DNA of 64,000 nucleotides, taken from Eledone cirrhosa (Eukaryota). Below the pieces are notes generated by a model. The model saw only the letters and a program-made list of their open reading frames with translations, searched no databases and had not been told where the DNA came from. A program made the position numbers and the translations under genes. Shown here one piece after another: positions 1-13,001 of the stretch. How positions within the stretch are numbered: position 1 is the first letter of the stretch; every line of letters begins with the position of its first letter. The stretch lies in the NCBI GenBank assembly GCA_964016885.1, contig OZ024742.1:142228001-142292000 (forward strand). The letters run 5' to 3'.

Positions 1-278
1 CATAGAGTGTACATGACCCCGCCAGACAGACGACATCTGCAGTTGATCTCTGGGGGCCAGGTCTCCATTTCTGGTGACTCCCGAGCCCAGGTAAATGAAG
101 GAGCTGACAAACACAGAGATACAAAAAGCGCAAAATTTTATTGGTTTTCACGCTTCGGAAGAGGTAAATGAGAGTTTCAACGTATCGGATATATGTCTAA
201 TACGTCGAAAACTGAGCAGGCAGTTCCGTTGATTGAATCAACTGGAGCATTCGTCGGCAGAAACTACGGTGGTCCAAT

Positions 279-326
<48 letters not shown>

Positions 327-328
<2 letters not shown>

Positions 329-533
329 AACCAGTAAGACCCCGACAGCTGAGCTCAAGCCGTTTCGACGGCTAATTCTGGACTGAGTCTGGATTGAGTC
401 CAGAATTAGCCGTCGAAACGGCTTGAGCTCAGCTGTCGGGGTCTTACTGGTTCCTATTACCCACTCTACTACCCCAAGTATTGAGTACTTTGGTGCGTTA
501 TGGTCCACCTGGTTCCTTACCACATTTCCTTCG

Positions 534-536
<3 letters not shown>
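327..536 (+). mobile_element. Short fold-back insertion, family A (putative PLE pseudo-LTR 3' end), flanked by (TA)n
   Basis: About 60-bp inverted arms (327-385 vs 397-454) plus an unpaired ~80-bp tail ending ccttcgtta|TATA. Homologous copies at 11457, 26066 and 30710. Contains gaaac-ggcttgagctcagct-gtc, the 3' half of a hammerhead. Confidence 0.7.
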
Positions 537-594
<58 letters not shown>

Positions 595-632
595 ATATTA
601 ATAAATGGAAACTATATTTATGAAACCATAAT

Positions 633-698
633 TATTTTATTATATATATTTCAAGGGCAACCAAGGCAAATTATGGTGCGCTTTCATCAGATAAAATA
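633..698 (-). ncRNA. Minimal type I hammerhead ribozyme (mirror of 835-900)
   Basis: Reverse complement of the motif at 835-900. Confidence 0.75.
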
Positions 699-834
699 CA
701 GATTTGTTTTATAAATAAATATTGGCATACCCGGAAAAAAGACAACCTTAACGGTTGAAACTATCCAGGAAGCTCCAACCGCTAAGGTTGTCTTTTTTCC
801 GAGTATGTCAATATTTATTTATAAAACAAATCTG

Positions 835-900
835 TATTTTATCTGATGAAAGCGCACCATAATTTGCCTTGGTTGCCCTTGAAATATATATAATAAAATA
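835..900 (+). ncRNA. Minimal type I hammerhead ribozyme
   Basis: tattttat-CTGATGA-aagcgcacc..ggttgccctt-GAAA-t-atat-a-TA-ataaaata. Stem I is 8 bp and loop III is palindromic. Confidence 0.75.
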
Positions 901-1035
901 ATTATCGTTTTATAAATATAGTTTCCATTTATTAATATATTGTGTATTTACTCCACTAATCTGTTGAGTGGTTTATATCAATTATAAAAATGTTTAAGCA
1001 TGTTTGTTGAATCCCAACAAATTAAATATAACCTC

Positions 1036-1077
<42 letters not shown>

Positions 1078-1251
1078 CGATGTGATCATATTGGTACGTA
1101 ATACTAATTCAATAGGATACGACATTGTTTTCAACATTCTGAGATGGATAAAATAATTACCAGTTACTATAGTGAAGTCAAACCAAGTGGCTAAATTTTC
1201 TCTCTTTTACAAAATTGCGTTCTATTCATTCATTCAATACATAGATATATT

Positions 1252-1320
<69 letters not shown>

Positions 1321-1324
<4 letters not shown>

Positions 1325-1812
1325 TTGCGAGGTTTTTGATATGAAATCGTGTGTCGAAACAAATATTGATATACTTGGGAGGGTCATATTTGTGTAATAA
1401 TATTGCTAGAATTAATAACAGAACACGCTCACTGTTTGGTTGGTTTTCGCTTCTGTGTCCTTTATATCGGTTAATTAAATTTATTCGGTCCTCAATGTTA
1501 CCATTGACTGACCAACGGTCAAAAATACAGATACATATAGACACAAACACATATATATAGTCTAACAAAGTTCTTTCGTTGAACATCTGCAACATCGTCA
1601 GTGGTGCTATTATGTTTCCTCCCGTTGCATCGTATGCCTACGCCATCTTTAGTCTCTCTATTGGTCAGTCAATGGTAACATTGAGGACCGAATAAATTAA
1701 ATTAACCGATATAAAGGGCACAGAAGCGAAAACCAACCAAACAGTGAGTGTGTTCTGTTATTAATTCTGGCAATATTTTTACACAAATATGACCCTCCCT
1801 AAGTATAACAAT
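1321..1812 (-). mobile_element. Older diverged fold-back copy of the pseudo-LTR and ORF start of the PLE family at 44066-54403
   Basis: Encodes [21 protein letters not shown], matching the N-terminus of ORF 50252 ([23 protein letters not shown]). Inverted arms at ~1366-1515 and ~1660-1812. Confidence 0.8.
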
Positions 1813-1860
1813 ATATATATATATACATATATATATAATCTATTTATATGTATATAAATA

Positions 1861-1996
<136 letters not shown>

Positions 1997-2040
1997 CTAT
2001 ATTTATATGTATATAAATATGTGTGCATATATATATATAT

Positions 2041-2131
2041 AGTAATAATAATAAATTTGAAGACTAAAATCCAAAGAGGGCTCGATAAGGATAAATATAT
2101 ATCAAATATATAAGAACCGTAGAGCAAATAA

Positions 2132-2138
<7 letters not shown>
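2041..2138 (-). repeat. Recurrent short terminal motif (tagtaataataataaatttgaagactaaaatccaaa...)
   Basis: The same motif occurs at 32515-32555, 33170-33228 (and the triplicated copies), 39621-39646 and 39884-39919, always next to (TA)n. Confidence 0.65.
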
Positions 2139-2210
<72 letters not shown>

Positions 2211-2214
2211 TTTT

Positions 2215-2295
<81 letters not shown>

Positions 2296-2297
<2 letters not shown>

Positions 2298-2600
2298 TTT
2301 TTGATAGTTTGTATAATTTTCTATAATTTTGTACATAGATCTGTTGAATATGCATGCCAATTCTAACACATATATATCCTAGAAACGATCGTTAAATAAT
2401 GAACTTTTTTTGTTTAATATAAGGAACTGTTTCATTGTTTTATTCATTATTTTTTTAATATTTTATCTTGACTCTGTATTCCGTTTATCTTTCACCGAAA
2501 GTGATTTTTCATTGCATCTCTTCTTTCCATGATATCCGGATTACATTGAGTTCTTCATACGGATTGGACACTACCGTAAACTCTTGGTAGATTTATCTAC
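2296..2600 (+). mobile_element. 3' end of PLE-like family C (5'-truncated inside its hammerhead)
   Basis: Near-identical to the reverse complement of 42585-42885. Carries the HHR 3' half gaaac-gatc-gtt-aaataatgaa. Confidence 0.75.
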
Positions 2601-2801
2601 ATATATATATATATATATATATATAAGCAGGGTGCGTGTGACTAGAGTGGTCGAAAGCAGGATATCATTGTATAAATAGACTACCTTTGTCCAATGTAGT
2701 GCATTCATCATTCCCGCAACTAAAATCTACTCATTGACCAGTTGAACATGGATTTGTAAATGCTCGTTGCTCGCCTATTCTTTCAAAGAGAATACGAAGA
2801 A

Positions 2802-2858
<57 letters not shown>

Positions 2859-3439
2859 CGCGTGCGTGCGTGCGTGCGTACGTGCGTGCGTGCGTGGGTG
2901 TGGGGGTGTGTGTGTGTGTGCGTGTGCGTGTGTGCGTGTTATATTTCGTACACACGAGGATTCGTTTGCAACGAATGCTTTGATGAACTACGAATGTTAG
3001 TCATATCATCGGGTAAATATGTATATAAATGGGTGAATGATATTTTGCAAAACATTCGCGTGGGAAAGGATATAAAAGGCGAGGAAAAAACATGAAATAA
3101 TGGAGAGAGAAAAGATGTATTTAGAAAAATATCTGAGAAAAAAGAAAAATAGAAAAAATAAGAACAAAGATTGAAAGCTAGTCTGACTATCATATATACA
3201 TATATGACCAATATGTTATCAATATATTGCCAACATATATCTATATACCCATTCAAATATATGCACACACGCTCGTATTGACAGACTGTATTGGATCTTT
3301 ATGTGGGCTTTTATTTGTTTATTTTATATAAGATATCGATATATTGAGCAGGTTATTAGGTGGGAGTTACGTCGAGTGAAATAAAAAAGGTAGAGAAGGA
3401 AAGAATAAGGTGAAAAAGGCAACACAAAGCCAGAGTAGA

Positions 3440-4010
3440 TTCCTGTAATAATATAATGGAGGACGCTAAATCTATCGCTGGAAAGTTAAAAATCAATACG
3501 AAGGTGAAGTACCTAAACAAACATGAAGCCTTCATCATATTGATGAAGTCAGCATTGTGTGGTTCTGAAGGCCTGTTCAACAGGCCTACAGAACCACACC
3601 ATTACTAAATTACGACTAGCTAGTAAGAAAATAGTAAGAGGTATAAATATGCACATAAGGAAAAGTATGAACCTATTAGAATGAAATAATACCACATCAG
3701 TCGTATCCTGGTTCAGAGATATTACCTCGAAGAATAGGGTTATGTTCAGCTAGTTTAATATAGTTGACGTTTACCCCTCGATTTCTAGGCCACTATGAGT
3801 TAGCGCTTTAGAGTACGCTTTTAGGTTTATTAGTATTAATGATTATGAGATAGATATTATTATGCACGCTCACAAAACCCTGCTTTTCAATAACAGATTA
3901 TTTGGGTAAAACGATTTGAACCAAAAGATACATTTGGTGACTCGATGTAAGTCATACGACAACGCTGATGTGTGTGACCTATTCTTGACATACAAAATAA
4001 TAAATTCCCC
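3440..4010 (+). pseudogene. Degraded PLE (Hydra-like) reverse transcriptase fragment
   Basis: Manual translation with stops: ..TTSVVSWFRDITSKNRVMFS*FNIVDVYPSIS..EIDIIMHAHKTLLFNN..SYDNADVCDL. It aligns to ORF 15296 (AIRWFNSISNKNKSKFIQFDIDEYYSSIS..IILEDRKTIVKF..SNDSAEITDI). Confidence 0.75.
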
Positions 4011-5061
4011 AACCATCCCCTTGATATATACCGAGATGTTGGTCTGGTCTTATCATTGTGGTAAGAAATCATGTACGCCTGATTTAAAACTTCACAGCGT
4101 TAGAAGCATGGTTGTTATATTTGGTTTCACGTATGCTGTATCTGTGAATTAATTTTTGGTTTATATTCTGATATTAGTAGAGCCTCCACAGTTGTTTATC
4201 TTGTTGTGTGTGTAATTCTATATAGCGTTGTAGTCCAATCTAGATTTTTTCTTTATGAACTGCATGTGATGGCTCATAATTGTAAGTGCATGATTAACGG
4301 ACAAGAAAGTGTAGTGCTAGTGTGACCGATGTAACAGTTTTCGTCAAGAAGTTCGCAATGTCCATGTTTGCATTGAAATTTATACATCATATTGATAATT
4401 TGCAGTACATCCTGCTGTTTACCAGTCTCTGGATGAGTGTTAATGAGGACGTTTTATTTTTAACTTATCAAGAACGTTTTTTTAATATAAAATAAGCTGC
4501 TTTGTATTGTAAAACAACGGTCAGTTTCTAGCGTTTTGGTAGCAAATGGGTTAGTTTTCTTTGTGAGTAATTGGTTAAACATATATATATAGTTTAACTA
4601 ATCAATGACTATTTGATCAGTCAGTCTACTAAGTCCTTGTTAAGTTCATTCTTTACTCTTAAACTATTTCGAAGCTTGTTTAAAACAACACTGTGAGGAT
4701 CATTTGTAATTTAGCCAAATCTGTTCTCTATGTCACCTGACGCCACGAGACACTGGATAATATTTACAGGACTGTCTCAAGTGATAAATCAATGCTGTGT
4801 TATTTCTAAACAAAGGTATTATACTGAGTAAACACTATGAATTCTCTTCAGAAATATCTTTATTATTATTATCAGTATCATCATCATCACGCTATAAGTT
4901 ATACGTTAAACTACTTTTGTAAGAAGCACATTTCCTCTAATTATCCTCAACATTGATGTGCGCGCGTTTGTGTGCATATATAGGTGTGTATGTATGTGTG
5001 CATGTGTATGCGTTTGTATCTTACTATATGTGTTATTGTGTGTGTGTGCATATGTGTATGT

Positions 5062-5160
<99 letters not shown>

Positions 5161-5197
5161 ACTGTGCGTTTGTAGCACCTACATACAGCTTCACCAT

Positions 5198-5390
5198 TGG
5201 GGTGGATTGACAGAATCGTTAGAGCATTCTGAGTTCAAATCACGCCGAGTCCAACTTTCCTTGGTTGATAAAATCAAGTACTAGTAAAGTACTGAGTCGA
5301 TATAATAAGATGGCCTCGTACCTAAATCAGAAACTATTATTACCCCTTTGTTATATGTTAAATTACTTGTAAGGATAATATATGAATCAC
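5198..5390 (+). mobile_element. Degenerate tRNA-derived SINE
   Basis: ggtggattgacagaatcgttagagc..gagttcaaatcacgccgag..gataaaatcaagtactag is a deleted version of the SINE at 19846. Confidence 0.55.
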
Positions 5391-5417
5391 ATTGTTTCAA
5401 CTTACTCTCAGCATTGA

Positions 5418-5449
<32 letters not shown>

Positions 5450-5907
5450 TGTGCTACTTTAAAAGATAGAGAAATAGAGAGAGGGGGATGGAGACATGTG
5501 TGTGTATGTGCTTTTTTGAGAGAGCGACAGTGAGAGAAACAGAGAGAGAGAGAGAGACAAAGAGAGAAAGGGACGAGAGATAGATAGGGGCGGGGGTGTA
5601 GCGTAATAGGTTGGCATTTGGTTTCCCACTCCAACAGGTTAATTTACATAATGCATTTAGCGGTTTACCTGTGGTCCGGTAAACACCCAGAGGTAAGGCG
5701 CTAATTGAATCATGTAAATTTCCCTGTTAAGATGAGAAACCAAAGAGTAAACAATTATGTATATATTAGGACTTACGTCCGATAAGTTGAAACATTTATT
5801 TACTTCATTTTTCGTTTTTCTTTATTTTTATTCCCAAGCGTGAACCTAATAAGACTTTGTATTTTTGCATCTTTGCGTTTGACTTGTTTATTCTTGAACT
5901 ATATATA

Positions 5908-6190
5908 TCTATATATATAAAAGCGAGGATGTGTGTGTGAGTGTGTGTCTGTGGACAACTTTGGACAGCTAAGACTTTTACAATTCCCAACAGAATTTGA
6001 CCAACTTTTCTGTGCACGTTGCACCTGTCGCTAAGATGGTCACATCACAAACATTTTCAAATCGACCCACGTTGAGCAATAAAAAATCGATAGCAAAATT
6101 ATCTATATATATAAAAGCGAGGATCTGTGTGTACAGAGTATGAAAGACCACGGGGGTCAGAATCAGTGGTAGAGGAAACACTGAGAGAGT

Positions 6191-6261
<71 letters not shown>

Positions 6262-6973
6262 TATGGTACAGGGAGAGTGGGAGAGAGAAGATATTGTACA
6301 GAGGGAGAGAAAGAGAGAGGAGATATGGTATAAAGAGAGTGAGAGAGGGAAGATATGGTACAGAGAGACAGAGGGAGAAAGAGGAGATATTATACAAAGA
6401 GAGAGAGGGGGAGAGAGATGAGATATGGTACAGAGAGAGAGAAAGGGGGAGATATGATACAAAGAGAGAAAGAGAGAGTGAGAGAGCGCGAGAGCGAGAG
6501 AAGAAATATGGTATAAAAAGAGACAGAGAGGGAGATGAGATACAAAGAGAGAGAAAGAGGGAGATATGATACAAAGAGAGAAAGAAAGAGAGGAGTGATA
6601 CAAAAGAGTGAGAGCGGAAAGCCATAATTAATAGAGGGGGGGTGAAATATAAAGAGAGGGAAAAAGAGACAGAGAGAGAGAGGGAGAGAAAGAGAAAGCG
6701 AGGAGAAATGACACAAACAGAGAGAGATGGGGGAAAATAAGATATAAAAAGAGAGAAAGAGAGACAGAAAATAACAGAAAGAAAGAGACGGAGTAAGTAA
6801 GAGTGGCGGAAAGAGGTAGGAAGATACGTTGAAGGGGAGGAGAAAAAAGTAGACGAGTGAAAGATGAGAAAAATTATGGAAGCCAGTTAGGACAAGTAAT
6901 TGTGTATTGTATACAAATCTGGGTTGAAAAGTTCTTTGGCTGACTATGAAGGAGTGATGCTAGAGCTGCGAAA
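5908..6973 (+). mobile_element. Two additional Helitron 5' ends in tandem with a GA-rich filler
   Basis: TCTATATATATAAAAGCGAGGAT at 5908 and 6102. Segment 5908-6100 matches the 5' part of the Helitron at 6974. A degenerate gagatatggtacagagagag repeat spans 6180-6870. Confidence 0.65.
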
Positions 6974-6994
6974 TCTATATATATAAAAGCGAGG

Positions 6995-7043
<49 letters not shown>

Positions 7044-7056
7044 TGTGTGTGTGTGC

Positions 7057-7092
<36 letters not shown>

Positions 7093-7535
7093 ACAGCTTT
7101 GGACAGCTAAGGCTTTTACAATTCCCAACCGAATTTGACCAAATTTTCTGTGCACGCTGCACTCGTCGCTAAGATGATCACATCACAAAAATCTTTCAAA
7201 TTGACCCACGTTGAGCAATAAAAAATCGATAGCAAAATTATTTTTTCTAAAGTGCATAATGTAAGGTAGAAATCAATCAAAACAAAATCCTGTTGGGACC
7301 TACAACTTTTCAGCTGTAGCTTGCACATTTTTTGTCACTCGCGACAAAATTGTAGGTGTTTATTCTCTGCACTACAAGGCTCTTAAGCGAGCATCGATTT
7401 TCTCCTAAGTCACATGCCTGTGTCAGCAAACCCATAAAAACTAAATCCTTATGGGATTTTCCATTCAATTTACTTCCTAGCTGTACATTCTTAGCATAAT
7501 TTCAAACCCCGGGCAACGCCGGGTAAATCTGCTAG
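6974..7535 (+). mobile_element. Non-autonomous Helitron carrying (GT)n
   Basis: A|TC 5' end, 3' hairpin cccgggcaacgccggg followed by CTAG|T, no TSD. Confidence 0.8.
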
Positions 7536-7575
<40 letters not shown>

Positions 7576-7615
7576 CACACACACACATATATATGTATAT
7601 ATATATGTGTGTGTG

Positions 7616-7658
<43 letters not shown>

Positions 7659-7751
7659 GTATATACACACACATATATATATATACGTATATATATGTGT
7701 GTGTATATATATATATATATATATAGTAATAATAATATATATATATATAGT

Positions 7752-7942
7752 AATAATTGTTTCTACTTTAGGCACAAGGCCAGCAATTATCCAGTACATT
7801 ACTGGTACTTTATTTTATCGACCCCGTAAGGATGAAAGGCAAAGTCAACCTCGGCGGGATTTGAACTCAGATCGTAAAGGGATGTAACTATGCTGGAAAG
7901 CATGGCGTCCGACCCTCTACCGATACTGCCAATCCACCGCCC
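7752..7942 (-). mobile_element. tRNA-derived SINE (Nin/Deu-domain-like core)
   Basis: A box tggcagtatcgg, B box gagttcaaatcc, core gcctttcatccttacggggtcgataaaataaagtaccag. Four near-complete copies in the window. Confidence 0.85.
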
Positions 7943-7963
7943 TGTATATATATAGTAATAATA

Positions 7964-8033
<70 letters not shown>

Positions 8034-8205
8034 ATGTATATATATATATATATATGTGAAAAAATGGGGAGAAGAATACTGCAGGTTGCACATGGATAAC
8101 ATGTTATAAAATGAGTCCCTCATCAGTGATTTGCCGACGATCATAGATATTTCATTGCATTAAAAATCATATACCTCACGTCGGTGCAATAATAACTAAA
8201 ATAAG

Positions 8206-8343
<138 letters not shown>

Positions 8344-8439
8344 TGTGTGTGTGCGTGTGCATACTTACATATATTATATTATTTATCATATTATAAATTA
8401 ACGATTTTATTTATTATATATTATTTACAATTTACATGT

Positions 8440-8525
8440 AGGCAGGTCTCTCAGGAAATAGGTGTGGGGTTGCTGGAGATATTACGTGCGGTGGACGATG
8501 GCCCCAAAAGTTTGAGAACCTCTGG
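8440..8525. mobile_element. Possible hAT/Charlie-like transposon end
   Basis: aaaagtttgagaacctctg resembles the CAGTGGTTCTCAAAC TIR. No partner TIR was found. Confidence 0.35.
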
Positions 8526-8684
8526 TTTAAGAGGACGTTATAAACGAGCTGGCTATGAACTCAGAACATAGGATAAAACTAAAGTATGATTAACAAAGAA
8601 GAGGTAATATGTTCATGGCACAAACTAATCTGATTCAAAGAAAGAGTGGGGGAAAAAAGAGAGAGATAAAGAAGAATGGATTCC

Positions 8685-8842
8685 CAATACCCGACAGATG
8701 TTATATTTAACGATCAACCTCAAAAAGATGACACATTGAATTAACCTCAGTGGGATTTGAATCTCAAAGTGCCGAGAGCCTGAACAAATACACAGTAAAA
8801 CATCCCATCCAATGATCTAACCACTCCGCCAATTCACCACCT
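8685..8842 (-). mobile_element. Degenerate tRNA-SINE
   Basis: Reverse complement contains ggtggtgaattggcggagtggttagatc..gagattcaaatcccactgaggttaa. Confidence 0.55.
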
Positions 8843-9476
8843 AAATCTAACTACAGCTATACATATTTCACGTGTATTTATTTCAGTGTAAAAATGGCTT
8901 TTATACCCAACCATGTTTCCAACCAACAAGCAAGGGAAATATTAAATTTCCTTTTATAAATTGTATGCAAAATTAGGCAAGTTAATCGCTCTAATGGCAT
9001 TGATGCTTTAATCACAATAAATTGCTGTTATGACATAAATTCGTTTTTATCGTAGTCATTTCTTCCATCCTGAGACTCTAAATCACCAATTTCCAGTCAG
9101 CTTGCCGCACAAATATTGAAACATATTGAATCACTTTGCCTATTTTGGTTGTTGTTGTTGTTCTTTTTTCTCTTCTTACCATTTCTACTGCCAGGTATCT
9201 GTGTATGTATATGTGTATGAATGTAACTGCGAGATGTTTGTATCTGTGTGCGTATGTATGTGTGTTCATATAAATATGTGTGTGCGCAGATATATATATA
9301 TATATATAATCATTTTATACAAATCTATACACACATATGCGCGTATGTTATATAATTATTACATACACATACATACGCATATATATATATATATATATAT
9401 ATAATTCTTTATACATACATATATGCACATAACTTATATGTTACATAATGATTACAAGTACACACACATATGTATG

Positions 9477-9515
<39 letters not shown>

Positions 9516-11290
9516 CTGTGTGTGTGTGTGTCTGTGTGTGTGTGTATGATCATATAATATATAAGCATATGTATAAAATAATTATCTATCACATATGTGT
9601 GTGTATATATAATATACTTACACACATACACATACTTCAACGAATTATTATGTATAATTAAAGAGTGTTTGATATAAAAGACATGCATCAGTTCTGTCAT
9701 TAATAATACGATATACACAATATGCAATTACAGTAATGTTTGCCTCTGGAGGGGACAAAATAATATATTCACAGCATAAGATATTTTCAAATAGAATATT
9801 GGCGCCTCCGAAATTTTAAGTTAGGTTCGTTGTGACATTCTATCGGGGCCATTTCAAACTACTGCTAATCAATAAGCACAGCTTTGCCAAATTGTTAAGA
9901 ATATCGCTTCGCAATCATTGGAATCTTGGGAAAGTATCATTTACTACAACTTTGGTTCGATCCAAGCATTGCCAGTGAAATTGGCTAGTCAGAGATGGAC
10001 CAGATACAGCGTTGTTGTTTTGGGAGGATGCAATAAAACAAGGTACTGCCACAAGCTGGCATTTGTCTCATTTGTATAGACTGCTAAAAGATCAATAAGA
10101 ATATGTATATTTATTTACACCGTCATTCTCTCTCCAAATATAACCTTGTGAAATCAGCGTCAGACTAAGGCTTCGTTGCTCTCTGATAGGTTTCTCGACG
10201 AATTTGTAGAATTTGTAGAATCTGTAGCGACTGCTGGTCTTCCTCAAAACACTGCTCAGGTCTTCACCCTAGAGAGGCACTTTCCAGGTTTCTCCTCCTT
10301 ATTCTGTATTGGTAGAAACATTTTGTTTCTTGTGCCCCCACGAACACTTTGCCGATTAGAGATGACCATCTGCATGAACGAGCCTCTCTCTTGCCATCTA
10401 TCTTTTGGGATAGCACATTCCTTATTTTCCCTGTCGGGTCCATGAAATACTTGTTTGAAACGCTGTGGTTTAGTAACATTTGTCGAATGGAAAAAAATCT
10501 GAAGTTGAATAATGGTCTGTCTTGTCTTCACTAGTAGCATCTCATTTGTGTGTGTGTGTGTCTGTGTGTCATGCACGTACACTTAAGCACAAAGAGGTAC
10601 ATGTGTATATATGTGCGGGAGGCATACAAGTGAGTGACTTAGTGCTAGGGTCGGTGAGAGAGAAAGAAAAATTTACTGTCAAAGCAAATCCCAAAACGGT
10701 ACAGTTTCCGAATTCGTAATATAAAAAGATATTGCAATGAAGATGATTTTTTTAATATATCTTCTATCATGTAAATATTTCTTTTCTGATTGTTTTTCTT
10801 TTATCTATGATGTTCTTTTTTTACCGAAGTAATTTTTTCATGAAAGAATATTACGGTCTCTCTGATGATTCTTCTGTATTACATTTGATAGAATAGAATA
10901 TAAAATGGAAGCTAATTTATTGGTTAGCTGAGATTTTGAGAAATTTTCGGTATATTACGCTTATTTTCAATGAAAATAAAAAAAACATGAATAGTATTCA
11001 ATCAATTTGTGAGTCTTCCTCTCGTTTTTCACATCTTCCACGTTCTGTTCCAATGTTAGTCAAATATATACTACAGAAGTTTCAATTGTCTACTTGGTAT
11101 ATTCACAAAAACCCAGTAAAATACCCACTGCTTGATTTAAATGCATATAAACATGCATATCTTGATGGGTGAGTGAGTGAAAGAGAGTGGAAAATTGGTT
11201 TCAATGAATATATCAAAACTTTATATATATATCAATATATATTATATATATATATGTTAAATATATCTTATATATATATTAAATATATCT

Positions 11291-11757
<467 letters not shown>

Positions 11758-11856
11758 ATTATATATCTTATATATATTAAATATATCTTATATATATATA
11801 TCTTATATATATATTAAATATATCGTATATATATATACGATATATATACATATATC

Positions 11857-11981
<125 letters not shown>

Positions 11982-12015
11982 AGATTTGAATGGATACAGT
12001 TTAGTTGAAAGGAAT

Positions 12016-12135
12016 TTATTGACACGTGTTTCTATAACAGTTACATAACCTAAAACAGCTGCTATCTACAAACTTTTAGTTATGCAGACATTCAATATTT
12101 CAATGTTATTATTTACTGTCATTTCATCAGAATAA
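12016..12135 (-). ncRNA. Type I hammerhead ribozyme with long stem II (mirror of 17994-18113)
   Basis: Exact reverse complement of 17994-18113. Confidence 0.75.
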
Positions 12136-12691
12136 TATTACTGAGGACCTATTTAGTTTTTATAGAGAATATTAGGAGGGAGGGGTGAAGTTGTTAGAAG
12201 AATAGTTGAAGGAGTGGTTTTTCGATAGCAGTGAGAATTCTTGGTGGCAGTGAGTAATTAGATTCCCATCTGTTGTTTTGACATTTTTTATAGAATATAT
12301 TATTGGTTATTTTTCTAAATCTATAGAAGGATTAGAGATAGTAAAGATATGCGTGGTTGGTTTTGTGTTTGCACTTAATTAACATTCAGACTTAAATTTT
12401 TCTTTCAAGTGTACGTATCTTTTCACCCACGCATTCACACACAAATATATTTGCACACCTCTACAAAATACATATACTCACAATTCACATATTCATACTT
12501 ACATATATATACACATGCATACACATATATATACACACATGTATTCATGTACATACATACGCGCTCATGTGTATACATTTTCATACTCAACTTATCTTTA
12601 TATACACACGTATAGACACACACATATATACATACATACTCTAGTCCATGTGTACACACATACACATACATACACATCCATATACACATAT

Positions 12692-12760
<69 letters not shown>

Positions 12761-13001
12761 CACTTTAATACATGAATACACTTACATCTAACTATACACA
12801 TCAAACATATATATATTTACTTATTTATATACATTTTCACATATATATATACATACTTATGGACGTTTTTAGACACATTCATTATCGCATATTTGTACCT
12901 ATTCTCATCAGCATATCTTTCCATTATTAGTGTGGTAATTTAAGGTTATTAATATATGTTGAGAAGAGATTGTTTTTATATTTTTCTAACTAGATTAAGG
13001 T

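Larger units (their letters stand above)
590..1038 (+). mobile_element. Fold-back PLE pseudo-LTR fragment with a hammerhead in each arm
   Basis: About 170-bp inverted arms (590-758 vs 776-943), a ~95-bp tail and (TA)n on both sides. Confidence 0.7.

Noticed and set aside
1-281. Possible LTR (minus strand starts TGTT, contains AATAAA)
   Set aside because: No partner LTR, PBS or PPT is visible, and it is cut by the window edge.
9780-10580. Higher-complexity stretch with ORFs 10176-10582, a possible host exon
   Set aside because: Stops in all frames over the longer stretch, no recognisable motif, and no convincing splice pair.
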